From assembly GCF_011386835.1 (NCBI RefSeq), contig NC_088810.1, positions 2,976,001 through 3,040,000 on the forward strand: 64,000 bases of DNA, given 5' to 3'. The stretch comes from Chrysemys picta bellii. Lineage: Eukaryota. The translations under genes were made by a program, and so were the position numbers. This document shows, in pieces, positions 48,421-58,943 of this stretch. A model generated the notes under the pieces. The model did not search any database. It was given only the letters and a program-made list of their open reading frames with translations, and was not told the origin of the DNA. The first letter of the stretch is position 1. Each line of letters begins with the position of its first letter.

Positions 48421-50262
48421 GGAGGAGATGCCGAGGGGGCTTCCGGGTCGGTGGGAGACAGGAATCTCGGCAGTGGACCTCACTCACCTGAGCAGCTGCT
48501 GGGGCTCCGGTCGGTGAGAGTTTGACCCCGTGATTCCCCCTAGGTTTCTAATATTGGGTTGGTTTTGTGGTTTTCGGTGGTGTTGCTGTTTGAGGGTGAG
48601 TTTGTGCCTGCCTGCGTCTGTTTCAAAACTAAACTCGGGATCATGTAACCCAGGAAGAAAGCCCGGAGCCGGTACTTAGTGCTGTGAATTCCAGGTGAGA
48701 GAGAGGGGGGTTTGGAGGAGGAAATCAAATACATCAAGAGGGGAGAATGCGAAAGGTCTGCAACACGGCAGGCTGAGACTTTTATCTCTCCCCCTCCCCT
48801 GAGAGAGGGGAAACTGAGGCACGGAGTGATCTGATTCCCCTCCCCAAATTATTTTGCAAAGGAGGGGGATGGGGGCGTCTATCCAAACCAGTTCCCTTCC
48901 CATCAACTCTGCTTCCCCTGCTGCAAGACCACTGTAGGGGCTGAATATTTCCATTAAACTCTGGCTCCTTCATTTGCCCTGCAACAATAAAATAGACTGG
49001 CTTTGGGGGGGGGAGGAATATCCCCCCCCCCAAGCAGTGTGGACATTAAGGTTTTTTTTTGTGGGGAGGGACGATAATATTCCAGATCGATCAAACACCC
49101 AGCTCACCTTTCTAGCCATCCAGCAGCTCTAGGGCAGGGAAGGAAGGTGCTCTTGGTGTAGAGTGGTCACAAAACAGAGGTGAATTTAGCGGGGGGGGGG
49201 GGGGGGGACAGGTCCGGTTGAAATCCCACCCGATGCAGCCACACAGAATCTCTGGCGGCACTAGGAGAGGCCAGGAGTGGAAGCAGGTGGCCGGGGGTGG
49301 GGGGGACATTTGCCCTCAGTCCTGGGCTCTGGGATGGACTAGACTGGGTGGGTGGTGGGTTCAGTCTAGTCTTCCAGCCTGTTGCTCTCGCTGGGGTTTG
49401 TGGTTTTCATCTGGCTCCACCGAAAAGATCAAACAAGCCCAGTAGAAAGGGGGGTGAGAGAGGCGGGAAGGGGTTTGTAAGGGGTTAAAGTGACCCATCA
49501 AGGAAAGAGTAAAACCAGAGTTTGACTGGGTTTCCCCCCAGCCACCACTCCTGCAAACACTGGGCAAGGGGCAGCCCCATCCCCCACCGAGGCTATGGTG
49601 AGGGGCAGGAGGGGAGGAAGGAGCCACTTGTGATGGCAGTCCCCTCCCCCCCAGCACCCACCACCCCCCTCTCCAGCCCCCAAAACTCTGTCCCAGAGCC
49701 TGCACCCACCCCTCCGCACTCCCTCCCAGAGCCTGCACCCCTCCATCCATCCTGCACCCCACACAGTGCCCCAGCCCGGAGCCTGCACCCAAACTCTGTC
49801 CCACTCAGCCCTGGGCAAAGCTCTCCTTGGCTGGCTCCCAGCCCCTCTCCAAGGGTTGCAGCTGTCTGGAAGTGCCTGCCTTCCACACCTTCCTCATTCA
49901 CACCTCATTCATTCAACAGGGCAATTGATTACAAAGTGGGGGGAAGATCTTATTCTACTTCTAGCAAAAAGACATTTTTTCTTTTACCTTAATTATACTA
50001 CCTTAGGGGCCCGCTATAACATTACCAAGGTTCAATACAAAGTCATATAAAAGTTATACAAAAATGCATAATGCAGAGATTTATCTTCAACTGCACTGAT
50101 TGACTGCTGTGTGCAGTAAGATAGTGACCCCTGGGTCTTTGAATGAGGCTTTATACTTGGGGGGGGCAAGCAGCGAGCGGGGTGGGCAAGTGGCGGGTGG
50201 GCAAGCGGCGAGCAGTGAGCCAGCAGGGGTTCTAGGGGCGGGCATGAGGGTTTCTGGCAGGG

Positions 50263-50272
50263 NNNNNNNNNN
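50263..50272. other. Assembly gap (10 N)
   Basis: N run. Confidence 1.
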
Positions 50273-50273
50273 T

Positions 50274-50780
50274 ATCTACAAATGTACACAACACTTGGGG
50301 ACACAATTGCACCAGCATCGCACAGTTACACACATCTACACACTGCCATCAGGACTATGGTGCACGAATGGATCTGTGGAACCCATTGCTGTGCACAATC
50401 GAACCAGCACCTGTTACCCCATCCCATACCAAATAGTTGAACTGGTGCGGACAGCACTGAATTTCATTGTGGATATTCAATGGACACACAACATGGACCA
50501 GAGTACAGAAAGATTGCAGGAGCAACTCACCGCGACCGCCAATAGTTGGACACACTTACAATACACACGTCAGGATGGCGTTGACAGAATTTTAACCCTG
50601 TCGAAGGAGGAGAAGCAGTGGTTTTGGTGGTGGTTGGGATGTTGGACTATACTACAGTGGTCAGGACTCTCGGTGTTGCTGTTAATTATCATGGCAACTG
50701 GTGTATTGTTAAGTATACTTGTGCTTCGTTGCATATGGAACAGTCAAGAGGGGCACAACCCTCTAAAGAACGGCCACTAA
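50274..50780 (+). CDS. C-terminal remnant of a retroviral-like envelope glycoprotein (168 aa open from the gap to the stop)
   Basis: Cys residues and N-glycan sites (NGS, NRT), heptad-like segment, Trp-rich WFWWW, hydrophobic TM and short tail; followed by a polypurine tract and LTR. Confidence 0.65.
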   Translation: MYKCTQHLGTQLHQHRTVTHIYTLPSGLWCTNGSVEPIAVHNRTSTCYPIPYQIVELVRTALNFIVDIQWTHNMDQSTERLQEQLTATANSWTHLQYTRQDGVDRILTLSKEEKQWFWWWLGCWTILQWSGLSVLLLIIMATGVLLSILVLRCIWNSQEGHNPLKNGH

Positions 50781-51058
50781 TTATAACCTATAAGTAATGT
50801 AATAGGCCGTTCCCCCTAGTGTACTAGACAACTCAGACCCAACCTTCTCAGGCCCACTATAATGGGAAGTCTGGAACACTAATTGGAATAGGTGTGGTAT
50901 GCTCGTACCAGAGAAGGTGCAGGGCATTGTACCACACCAGGGGCAGTGGGACAGATGGAGCATCGACACCTTCCACCTCGATGCCTGGCCCTATCAGGAA
51001 ATGTGTCGCTGTATGTCCTATGCTTTCCCAGGGATACCCGGGCAGCAGGATCCCAAAA

Positions 51059-52740
51059 GAAAAGAAAGGGGTGGAGTGTTAGGATATAGATATTCAGGCC
51101 TGCCTGTACAGGCCTATACTTTAAGAACTTAGGTGTATTTTTAGCACTAGCTAGTGACAAGGGTATAAAACAAAGAATCAAATTCACAGTCCGTCTGTGT
51201 ATGGGCCTTCTCTCACTAGGAGAGTCTGAGGCCTGGTTCTTAGGCTCAGGCCTTTGACCAAGCAGCAGGGGCAGCTATAAGCCGGGAAGTGAACGGTCAC
51301 ATCCTCACCTCCCAAACCAGCCACACTGACATAAGGGGCTATTGGGCTGTGTCAGGGCTGATTCCCCAGTCTGGCACTTTGAGTGCAGGAAGTGGGGCCC
51401 ATAAGGATTCTAACAATACTGGCCACTCCGGGCTGGTATTCAGCTCCCAAGTTTGCAGCTCTTCTCTGACCTTGGATTGGTATTTGTGCCACCACCCAAG
51501 AGCAGAACCCTTTGAGAGCCCGAGAAGGGGCACTTGGGAATTCCTTCCTGTGGGTCCCCTCAATCCCTTTCACCTCCACTCCAGGGAAGAGCTGAGAAAG
51601 AAAAACAAAGGAAATCAGCTGTTGCCACCGGCCAAATAAACAATACGGGCACAGACCTCGTAGACACAAAAATCCAATTCTGTTCTTTAAAAAGGTAAAT
51701 TTTATTAATAAAAAAAAAGAAAGAAAATACATCTGGGAACTCAGGTTATTGCTAGGTTTAAAAAAAACAACTACAAGGATTAAGCACCGAGGATAGCTTT
51801 CTTCAGGTTCATCTTAAGGGTTACAAGCAAAACAAAAGCACCTGGGGTTAGCAAAGAGGAATCCACAAGCCATTAAGAAATAAAAGGGCTAAACCTAATC
51901 TTGTCTTCCTAGACATTCCCTGATCCACTTACATAGCTGGGGTTTCAAATGAGCAGTTTCTAGGTATGAGACTGATGACTTTTTCTTACCTGGCCCAAGC
52001 TTCTTACAGCATCGCTCTGCCCCATCCGCCTCTCCCCGGACAACAACAACAGACAGACAAAAGGGGGGTCTTTTTTCAATTTTAAAAAGTTTGAGCCTTC
52101 CCATTGGCTCTTTTGGCCAGGGGCCCACTCCCTTCCTTTTATCTATGCAAGCAGTGAGACTTTTTAACCCTTTACAGGTAGAGCAAGTAGAGAACAGCTA
52201 CTAAGAGGGATTTTATAGCTACTGGCTGGCTGGGTGTCCACAAAAGGGAGCTATCCCCTCTTCCCCCCTTTCATTTATCACAGGCTGTTAGGAAGACAAT
52301 CCTGTCCTGATAGTGCCCATCACCACCAGATAAAGAAACACATCTTAAGATGGTTAAAGAAAACAGGGCTAGTCTTCACTAGCAATGTGGCTTGTGTAGT
52401 CGCGGCACCAGCGCTGGGAGAGAGCGCTCCCAGAACTGTAAAAAACCCACCCCCTGTAGCTCCCAGCATTGGGGCACTGTCTACACTGCCACGTTACAGG
52501 GCTGTAACTTGCTGCACTCGGGGGGGGGGGTGTTTTTTCACACCCCTGAGCGAGAAAGTTGCAACGCTGTAAAGTGGCAGTGTAGACAAGGCTTTAGTTG
52601 GATAGCATCCTGTCTGGCAAGAAATCACTTCTCAATGATTGTGGTTGTGAAACCCTCGTTTCTGTCTGTTTTATCTTTATGGCCCCCACTTTTCTATTCT
52701 TAATCTGTCTGGACCTGTAATCGTTTCTGTCTGCTGTATA
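51059..52740 (+). mobile_element. Polypurine tract and ERV 3' LTR (starts 51077), split by a nested LTR and a MITE, 3'-deleted
   Basis: AAAGAAAGGGGTGGAG|TGTTAGGATATAG; the LTR resumes at 52283. Confidence 0.75.
51350..52282 (-). mobile_element. Nested solo LTR (23924 family) with 5-bp TSD
   Basis: TGTCAGGG...ATTTATCACA flanked by GGCTG; reverse complement of the 23924-24766 family. Confidence 0.88.
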
Positions 52741-53554
52741 AGGAGAGAGCAGGCAGAGCCCACCTGGAGACAGGACAGATCTAGATGTATGGTGCTGAGG
52801 GAAGCCAGGACTGTGGCCCTGAGAGTTTCCTGTGCTGAGTTCAAATGCTCAATAAACCTCCTGTTTTACACTGGCTGAGAGTCGCTCCGGGCTAGAGAAC
52901 AGGGGGGCATTATTCCCTCTGGGTGTGGAGGCCTGAGGGGACCCACGGCAGAACCAGGTTTGCTGAAGGCTCAGAGAGGTGCGGTTCCTGGAGGCGCTGG
53001 AGTCCAGGGCTTTACCCCCGAGAGAGAGTGTGGACCCCCGAGTAGGGCTGTCACACTGAAGGGGGTTACTCCCAGGAACCGTACGAAGCCGAGAGAGCAT
53101 GAGTCCTGTGCGTCTGTGACACACAGGAATACAACTTTAACAAAACAAACTAAAGAGCTTCTAGTTTGCTTTCGAACTGCTGTGCACAGCTGTACTGGGT
53201 TCTCAACCGAGCTTCCAGGGCACATCACTAAATTCCTGCATTCATAATTCACTTCATTATGTGGGAGCGTCTCTAAATTCTAATCTTCAACAAACATCTC
53301 TCTAAAACCCCAACCCAGATCAGGGCCCCATTATGCCGGGCGCTGCACAGACACAGAGGGAGACACAGTTTCTGCCCCCAATGAGCTTACAGTCTAAATA
53401 GACAAAGGATTATTCTCTCCATGTTATAGGCTGGGAAACTGAGGCACAGAGATGACTAGACGTGATGAAGGTCCCACAGGCAGGCTGTGGTGGAGGCAGG
53501 TCTCCTGAGTCACACTCCAACACTCTGACTGCAACGCCATCCTCCCCGGTGCCA

Positions 53555-54868
53555 CTAAACAGACTTTTTCTCTGCCACCTCCAGAGCCTCGGTGAGCACC
53601 CGGTGGGCATCCTCAGCAACGCCTTCCAGAAAGGAATGCAGGGCGTTGTATGTAGCTCGGAATGAGAGCTCTGCAGCTAGGAGGGTTCCATAGACTGGTA
53701 CGAGGCTTATGTACTTTTTAATATTTATAATGGAATCATCCATCAGCCCGCATCGGCTGAACAAGGAACCACCAAGAGGGAAGAGAACATCGACGAATGG
53801 ACTTATTGTACCTGTAACCTTGCTCAGCAGCTCCAAAGCATCTTCTCTTGATATTTCCTTGGCCAACGGGGTCTTGATCACATCCTTCAACTGAGACACG
53901 GGTTTCCTGACCTGTTTGGAGAGTTTAATGAGGGATTCTTCATCCAAACCGAAGACTTTGCAGTACTCGGTCATGGATTCCACCAGGATGTCAACATCAC
54001 ATGAGACGGAGAGGTGGGGGATGGGAACAGCTGCGATGGCGCATGACTTCAGGGCTCGTTTCCAGATCTGCCTCTTCAGGGCTTCTTTTTTCATAACCAG
54101 GATTGGCCTTGAGATGTTGGGAAGCGCCAGGAGGAAAACGTGTCTCTTGTGAGAGTCCAGTTCGTTTGCCAGAGTTTCCTGCAGTTGAGGAAAATCATAT
54201 TGGTCGAATTCACAACTGGCAATGAGGAAAACCTGTGGGGAATTTACCCCTTCTCTCCTCAGCCTATCCACACAGTAGTCTCGGATTGTCTGTAAGGTGG
54301 TCTCCTGATTGTAGTTTCTTTTTCTACTTTCATTTCTCAAGTCCTCATCTACTTTGGAGCGCACAAAGTAGAACTTCTTCCCCATCTTCTGGATCTCCTG
54401 GGCCAGGTCTGCATTACAGGATCTGATGCGCTTCGAAGTGACAATGATGAAGAAGTCATAGCGGGCAAAGCTGACCTGCTGAAGGTAGGTGTCAGGCCGG
54501 AAACTTGGAGTCCCAATCCCAGGCAGGTCCCACATCTTCACATTGGAGAGCATGGGATGCAGATAAGCGGTTGGCTCTGTTGTCATTTCTGTGATGCCAA
54601 CCTCGGCTGCTCCTTTGTCATCGTCGGCTAAGCCCCGCATGGCGTTGACGAAGGACGATTTCCCAGATCCCGACTCCCCCGTGATGGCGATGTTGAGCTC
54701 AGTGTTTTTTGACAGCTCCAGGGCCTCGTGTGCTTTTTGAGCTGCTTCTGAAAGGTTCCCTGTTTCAAGGGCAGCCTTTAGCTCTTCAACATCCTCCTCG
54801 GACATACCAGGGAGTTTAACATCCCGATCTTGAAATAAACCAGACGAAGTTTCTCCAGTAGCATCCAT
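53555..54868 (-). CDS. IRGC-like: G7: IRG p47 GTPase, 437 aa, duplicate of G4
   Basis: GESGSGKS, WDLPG, RSKVD; ATG at 54868 after acceptor CCCCCAG|AGAG. Confidence 0.93.
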   Translation of the reverse strand: MDATGETSSGLFQDRDVKLPGMSEEDVEELKAALETGNLSEAAQKAHEALELSKNTELNIAITGESGSGKSSFVNAMRGLADDDKGAAEVGITEMTTEPTAYLHPMLSNVKMWDLPGIGTPSFRPDTYLQQVSFARYDFFIIVTSKRIRSCNADLAQEIQKMGKKFYFVRSKVDEDLRNESRKRNYNQETTLQTIRDYCVDRLRREGVNSPQVFLIASCEFDQYDFPQLQETLANELDSHKRHVFLLALPNISRPILVMKKEALKRQIWKRALKSCAIAAVPIPHLSVSCDVDILVESMTEYCKVFGLDEESLIKLSKQVRKPVSQLKDVIKTPLAKEISREDALELLSKVTGTISPFVDVLFPLGGSLFSRCGLMDDSIINIKKYISLVPVYGTLLAAELSFRATYNALHSFLEGVAEDAHRVLTEALEVAEKKSV

Positions 54869-55404
54869 CTCTCTGGGGGAAGGGAAGAGAAGAAAAAGAT
54901 TGTAGTCATTGTCACAGTGCACCAGGCCCTCCGTGGCCCAGTGGGTCACACTGAGATTTAGAAGACGTTGGTTCTATTCCTCTTTCTACCCTTTGTCTAG
55001 TTAGGTCAAGGGCTATAACTCTTCCTCTACAGCATCTAGCGCAAGGCAACCTTAATCTATGTATGTGCCACTGTAATATACATAATTAATAACTATGGTT
55101 AGTAAATGGGAAGGGTCTGCAAAAAAAAGCATGAACCAAAATATTTTGATTTAGAAATCCTGTTGTGATGTCTCATGGGAGTTGTAGTTCAGGTGACTCA
55201 TGCCCCCATTCACCATTATAGACCAGACTCCCTGGTTGGACTACATTTCCCATGATGCACCACACTTTCCCTTCTTGGAGAGAGAGAGAGGCAGAACATC
55301 ACTGGAGCCTCTCAGCATAGTGCCTCATGGGGGATGTAGTTCAGCCGGGGATCCTCACTCATCGAGGAGAATGAGGACATGAGGGAAATGAACTACAACT
55401 TCTA

Positions 55405-55483
55405 TGTGGCACCTTTAAGACTAACAGATGTATTGAAGCATAAGCTTTCGTGGGTGAATACCCACTTTTGTCAGACGCATGCC
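55405..55483. mobile_element. Penelope-like fragment
   Basis: GTGGCACCTTTAAGACTAACAGATGTATTGAAGCATAAGCTTTCGTGGGTGAATACCCAC, reverse match to the 46229 element. Confidence 0.7.
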
Positions 55484-55761
55484 TATGAGGCAGTGCAGCT
55501 GCCCTTCCAAGACAAAATATTTTGGGTGGGTTTTTTGTAATTATGGATGTTTTTAAGAAAAGAAAATCTGACTCTTTCAAAACCAGATTGGATGACAAAT
55601 TTTCAACCAATAATAGTTAATGATAAGCTGCAGTCAGTAGCAATGAGCGAGGAGTTTCAGCCTTCATCACACCCATAAGCCCACAGAGCTGGTGAGATAA
55701 CATAGGCTGGAGCATTCTGGGATGCAGGCAGCACCCATGTCCTCATCTCAAACCCTGCTTA

Positions 55762-55950
55762 TGTAACCCACACACATCCTGGGTGCGGTGCTCTGTCCTC
55801 TCTAGTGGCACTGAGACGACTTAGAGATAGATTAATGAGTCTGCTCTACAGTCTTAGCTAAGGGACATGTGGCTTTTAGCTCATGCACTAAGCTTCAGAG
55901 ATTCTAGGTTCGATCCCACCCACCAACGACCGGGGTCTGTTGGTGTTACA
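55762..55950 (+). mobile_element. 189-bp TGTAAC...GTTACA element with an internal tRNA-like Pol III cassette
   Basis: 6-bp inverted ends, CTTA/CTAA flanks, A-box-like TAGCTCA (55877), B-box GGTTCGATCCC (55907); absent at the paralogous site ~38764. Confidence 0.7.
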
Positions 55951-56639
55951 CTAAGTTCTTCTTAGTTTTATGATTCGCCCAGATTCACCTTTGGTGTAAA
56001 ACTCTGCTGATCTCATTAAACTGATATTTTAAAGAATAAAATAATTATTAATAATGCTTACGATGTTTGAGTGCCCCATTAACTCCAATGGAGCTACAGT
56101 CCATTGACCCCAGCTGGGATCTGGCCCCATTGATTCCAATGGAGCCATGGCCCGTTCACAGCAGCTGGAGATTCTGACCCATAGATTTTCCCCGCCATCA
56201 GACTAGAATCCTCTGAGCTCCAGGCCTGTGCATTAATCACAAGACCATAGTGCCGACTTTCTAATGCGCTGGGGTGCTTGACCCCCAAGCTCTGCCCCAG
56301 CACCTCCCCCACTCCAACCCTTCCCCCAAGACCCCACCCCCGCCCTGCCTCTTCCGCCCCCGCTCCACTCCACCCCTCCCCACCTCTTCCCACCCCATTC
56401 TGCCCCCTCCCCGAAGTGCACCACACCCTCACGCCTTCCCTCTCCCCCTCAGCGCCTCCTGCATGCCACGGAGCAACTGATCGCGGCGGGCGGGAGGCAC
56501 TGGGAGGGAGGGGGGAGGCACTGATACAAGTGATTAATCCTCATAACTTTTTCCAGTGGGTGAGAGACTCTGGTCGCTGGTCTCCAGCTCCCTTGAGAGT
56601 CTCTGTCTGGGGACTATTGAACTGCTGAGACTGCTGCAC

Positions 56640-57865
56640 TCACTTTTTCTCTTCCGCCTCCAATGCCTTGATCAGGACCCTTTGGGCATCTTCAGCCGCG
56701 TTATCCAGAAAGCGCTGCAGGACGGTGCATGTGACCAAAAAAGTCATCTGTGCCTCCACCAAACCACCGACCAACGGTATCGCACTGAGGATACCCCTGG
56801 TTCTCGTCATGCAATCAGCTCTAGCCTTGGCCAGCAGATTCAAAGTAAAATGACTAGATATTTCTTTGCCTAGCGGAGACCTTACCACAGCTCTCAAGTC
56901 CATGACAGGCTTCCCAAGCTGCTGGGCAAAGTTAACCGGGGAGTCGTCATCCAAGCCAAAGCTCTTGCAGTAACTTGACATGCAGTCTATCAACTGGGGA
57001 ACGCCACAATCAATGGAGGGACCTGGATTAAAAACAGCAGAGACGGTGCGGGCTTGTACCCTGACCTGCCCCTGCAGGGCTTTCATCTTCCTTTCGAAGA
57101 TGAGTCTGAAAATGCCGGGTACGGCAAGAAGCAAAACACGTCTCTTGTGAGCATCGACTTCATCTGCCAGAGCTTCTTGCAGTCAGGGAGCATCGTACTG
57201 GTCGAATTCCCACCTGGAGATGAGGAAAGCCTGTCGGGATCTCACCCCTTGTCTCTGCGGCGACTCGATGCAGTCACTTCGGATTCTCTGCAGGGCACCC
57301 TCCTGGCTGAAGTTCTTTTTCCTTCTCTCGTTACACAAGTCCATGTCCACCTTGGAGTGCACAAAGCAGAACTTTTTCCCCATCCTCTAGATCTTCTGGG
57401 TCAGGACAGCATGGGTGTATTTGAATCGCTCTGCAGCGATGATGATGAAGCAATCATAGTGGGAAAAGTTGACCTGCTGGAGGTATGTGTCAAGCCAGAA
57501 TCTCGGTGTCCCAATTCCTGGTAGGTCACACAGCCTCACATGGGGTGTTTGGGAAGAGAATAAGCAGTTGGCGCCATTGTCATTTCAAAGACACAAACCT
57601 TAGCTGCACCTTCATCATCATCTTCCAAACCCCGGATGCCATTGATGAAGGATGACTTCCCAGTGCCCATCTCCCCCATGATGGCGATGTCAAGCTTGGC
57701 ATTTTTCAATAGCTCCAGGGATTTCTGCACTTTGGAAGCTGCTGCTGAAAGGTTTCCTCTATCGATGGCAACCTGAAACTCTTCTAGATCCTCCTTGGAC
57801 ATAGCAGGGAGCTTAAAATCCAAATCCCGTGATCTACCAGCCAGAGCACCATTTGGTAACTCCAT
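56640..57865 (-). pseudogene. psi8: disabled IRG paralog, duplicate of psi5
   Basis: GEMGTGKS intact; 1-nt deletion at ~57540, CDLPG, TAG at 57387-57389, TGA at 57183-57185; C-terminal frame open. Confidence 0.9.
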
Positions 57866-58943
57866 CTTTCTGGGGAAAAGGAGAAATACACCAGCCAATA
57901 TTGACAGAAAGGGAGAATTGGAGCAGGGGAGGACACAAATGAGAATTGTAAAGGTTCTTCAAATGTTCCTGCCTCTTTGTAAGGCTGGTAAGATAGCAGC
58001 TGGAGCTTACAGATGAAATGGATCAAGAACAACCTTTACTCAACAACACTTCAGATGAACAGGAGAGAGGAGAGGTGGAAAACGAGACGACTCAGAGCTC
58101 TGTGGTGGAGATCTCTGCTTGTGAAGAAATAGAGGTTTGCATTAGAGCTGGGAGAAAATTTTTTTTTTGCCAGTGTTCTTTTGATCAAAACAGAAATATC
58201 CATTTTCAAATATTTTTCAAGCTTTTGTCAAAACAAACAAAAAAACCACTGGAAAAAGTCAGATGTTGACGAAATCCTGAACATTTTTTATGCAGAATTT
58301 TGACCAAAACCAACACAACCCCCCCCCCCACACACACACACAGTTTCATGGAGGGAAAAAACCCTACATTCCCCAAACAGCTCTTGCTTTTCTTATTGTT
58401 GATTCCCAGACCTGAAAGCCAGAAGGAACCATTGGAACATCAGGCTGACCACCCGTATAACACCGGCCAGAGACGTTCACCAAGTTACTTCTGTACTGAG
58501 CCCACAGTTCACCTAGAGTGTATCTTTTAGGAAGATGCTTTATTTTGATTTAAAGACTCCAAATGATCGAAAATCCACCAGATCCTTGTGCATCACCTTT
58601 TAAACAAGAAAAATGAATATCTGCTCAGCAAATTCTCTCTCTTGGAAGAGATTTTTTCCAAGTGTGTTTTTTCCACAGTCTAATTTGAATGATCCCAATT
58701 TCAATCACCAACATTCCTGCCCTTTCCTCTCCCTGATATAATAATGTCAATTTCCCCACAGGAAATCTGGAAATGAAAATGTTTGTGTTGATTTAAAATT
58801 CCACTTCAGACTCAAATTAATGGTGATTCAAAACAAAAATGCTCTGTGTGAATTGGTTCCAAACTTTCAACATTTTCCAACCAAAAAATTTTGAACACTT
58901 TGCATTCAAAATCTCTGTTTCTCAATTTTGACACGTTCCCATC

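Noticed and set aside
34280-53815. G4 and G7 insertions as small GT-AG introns
   Set aside because: The best candidates are 74 and 55 nt, not multiples of three, and the ORFs read through intact
40615-57185. Shared TGA-C as a programmed readthrough or selenocysteine codon
   Set aside because: Both units carry additional frameshifts and stops; simple nonsense mutation is more parsimonious
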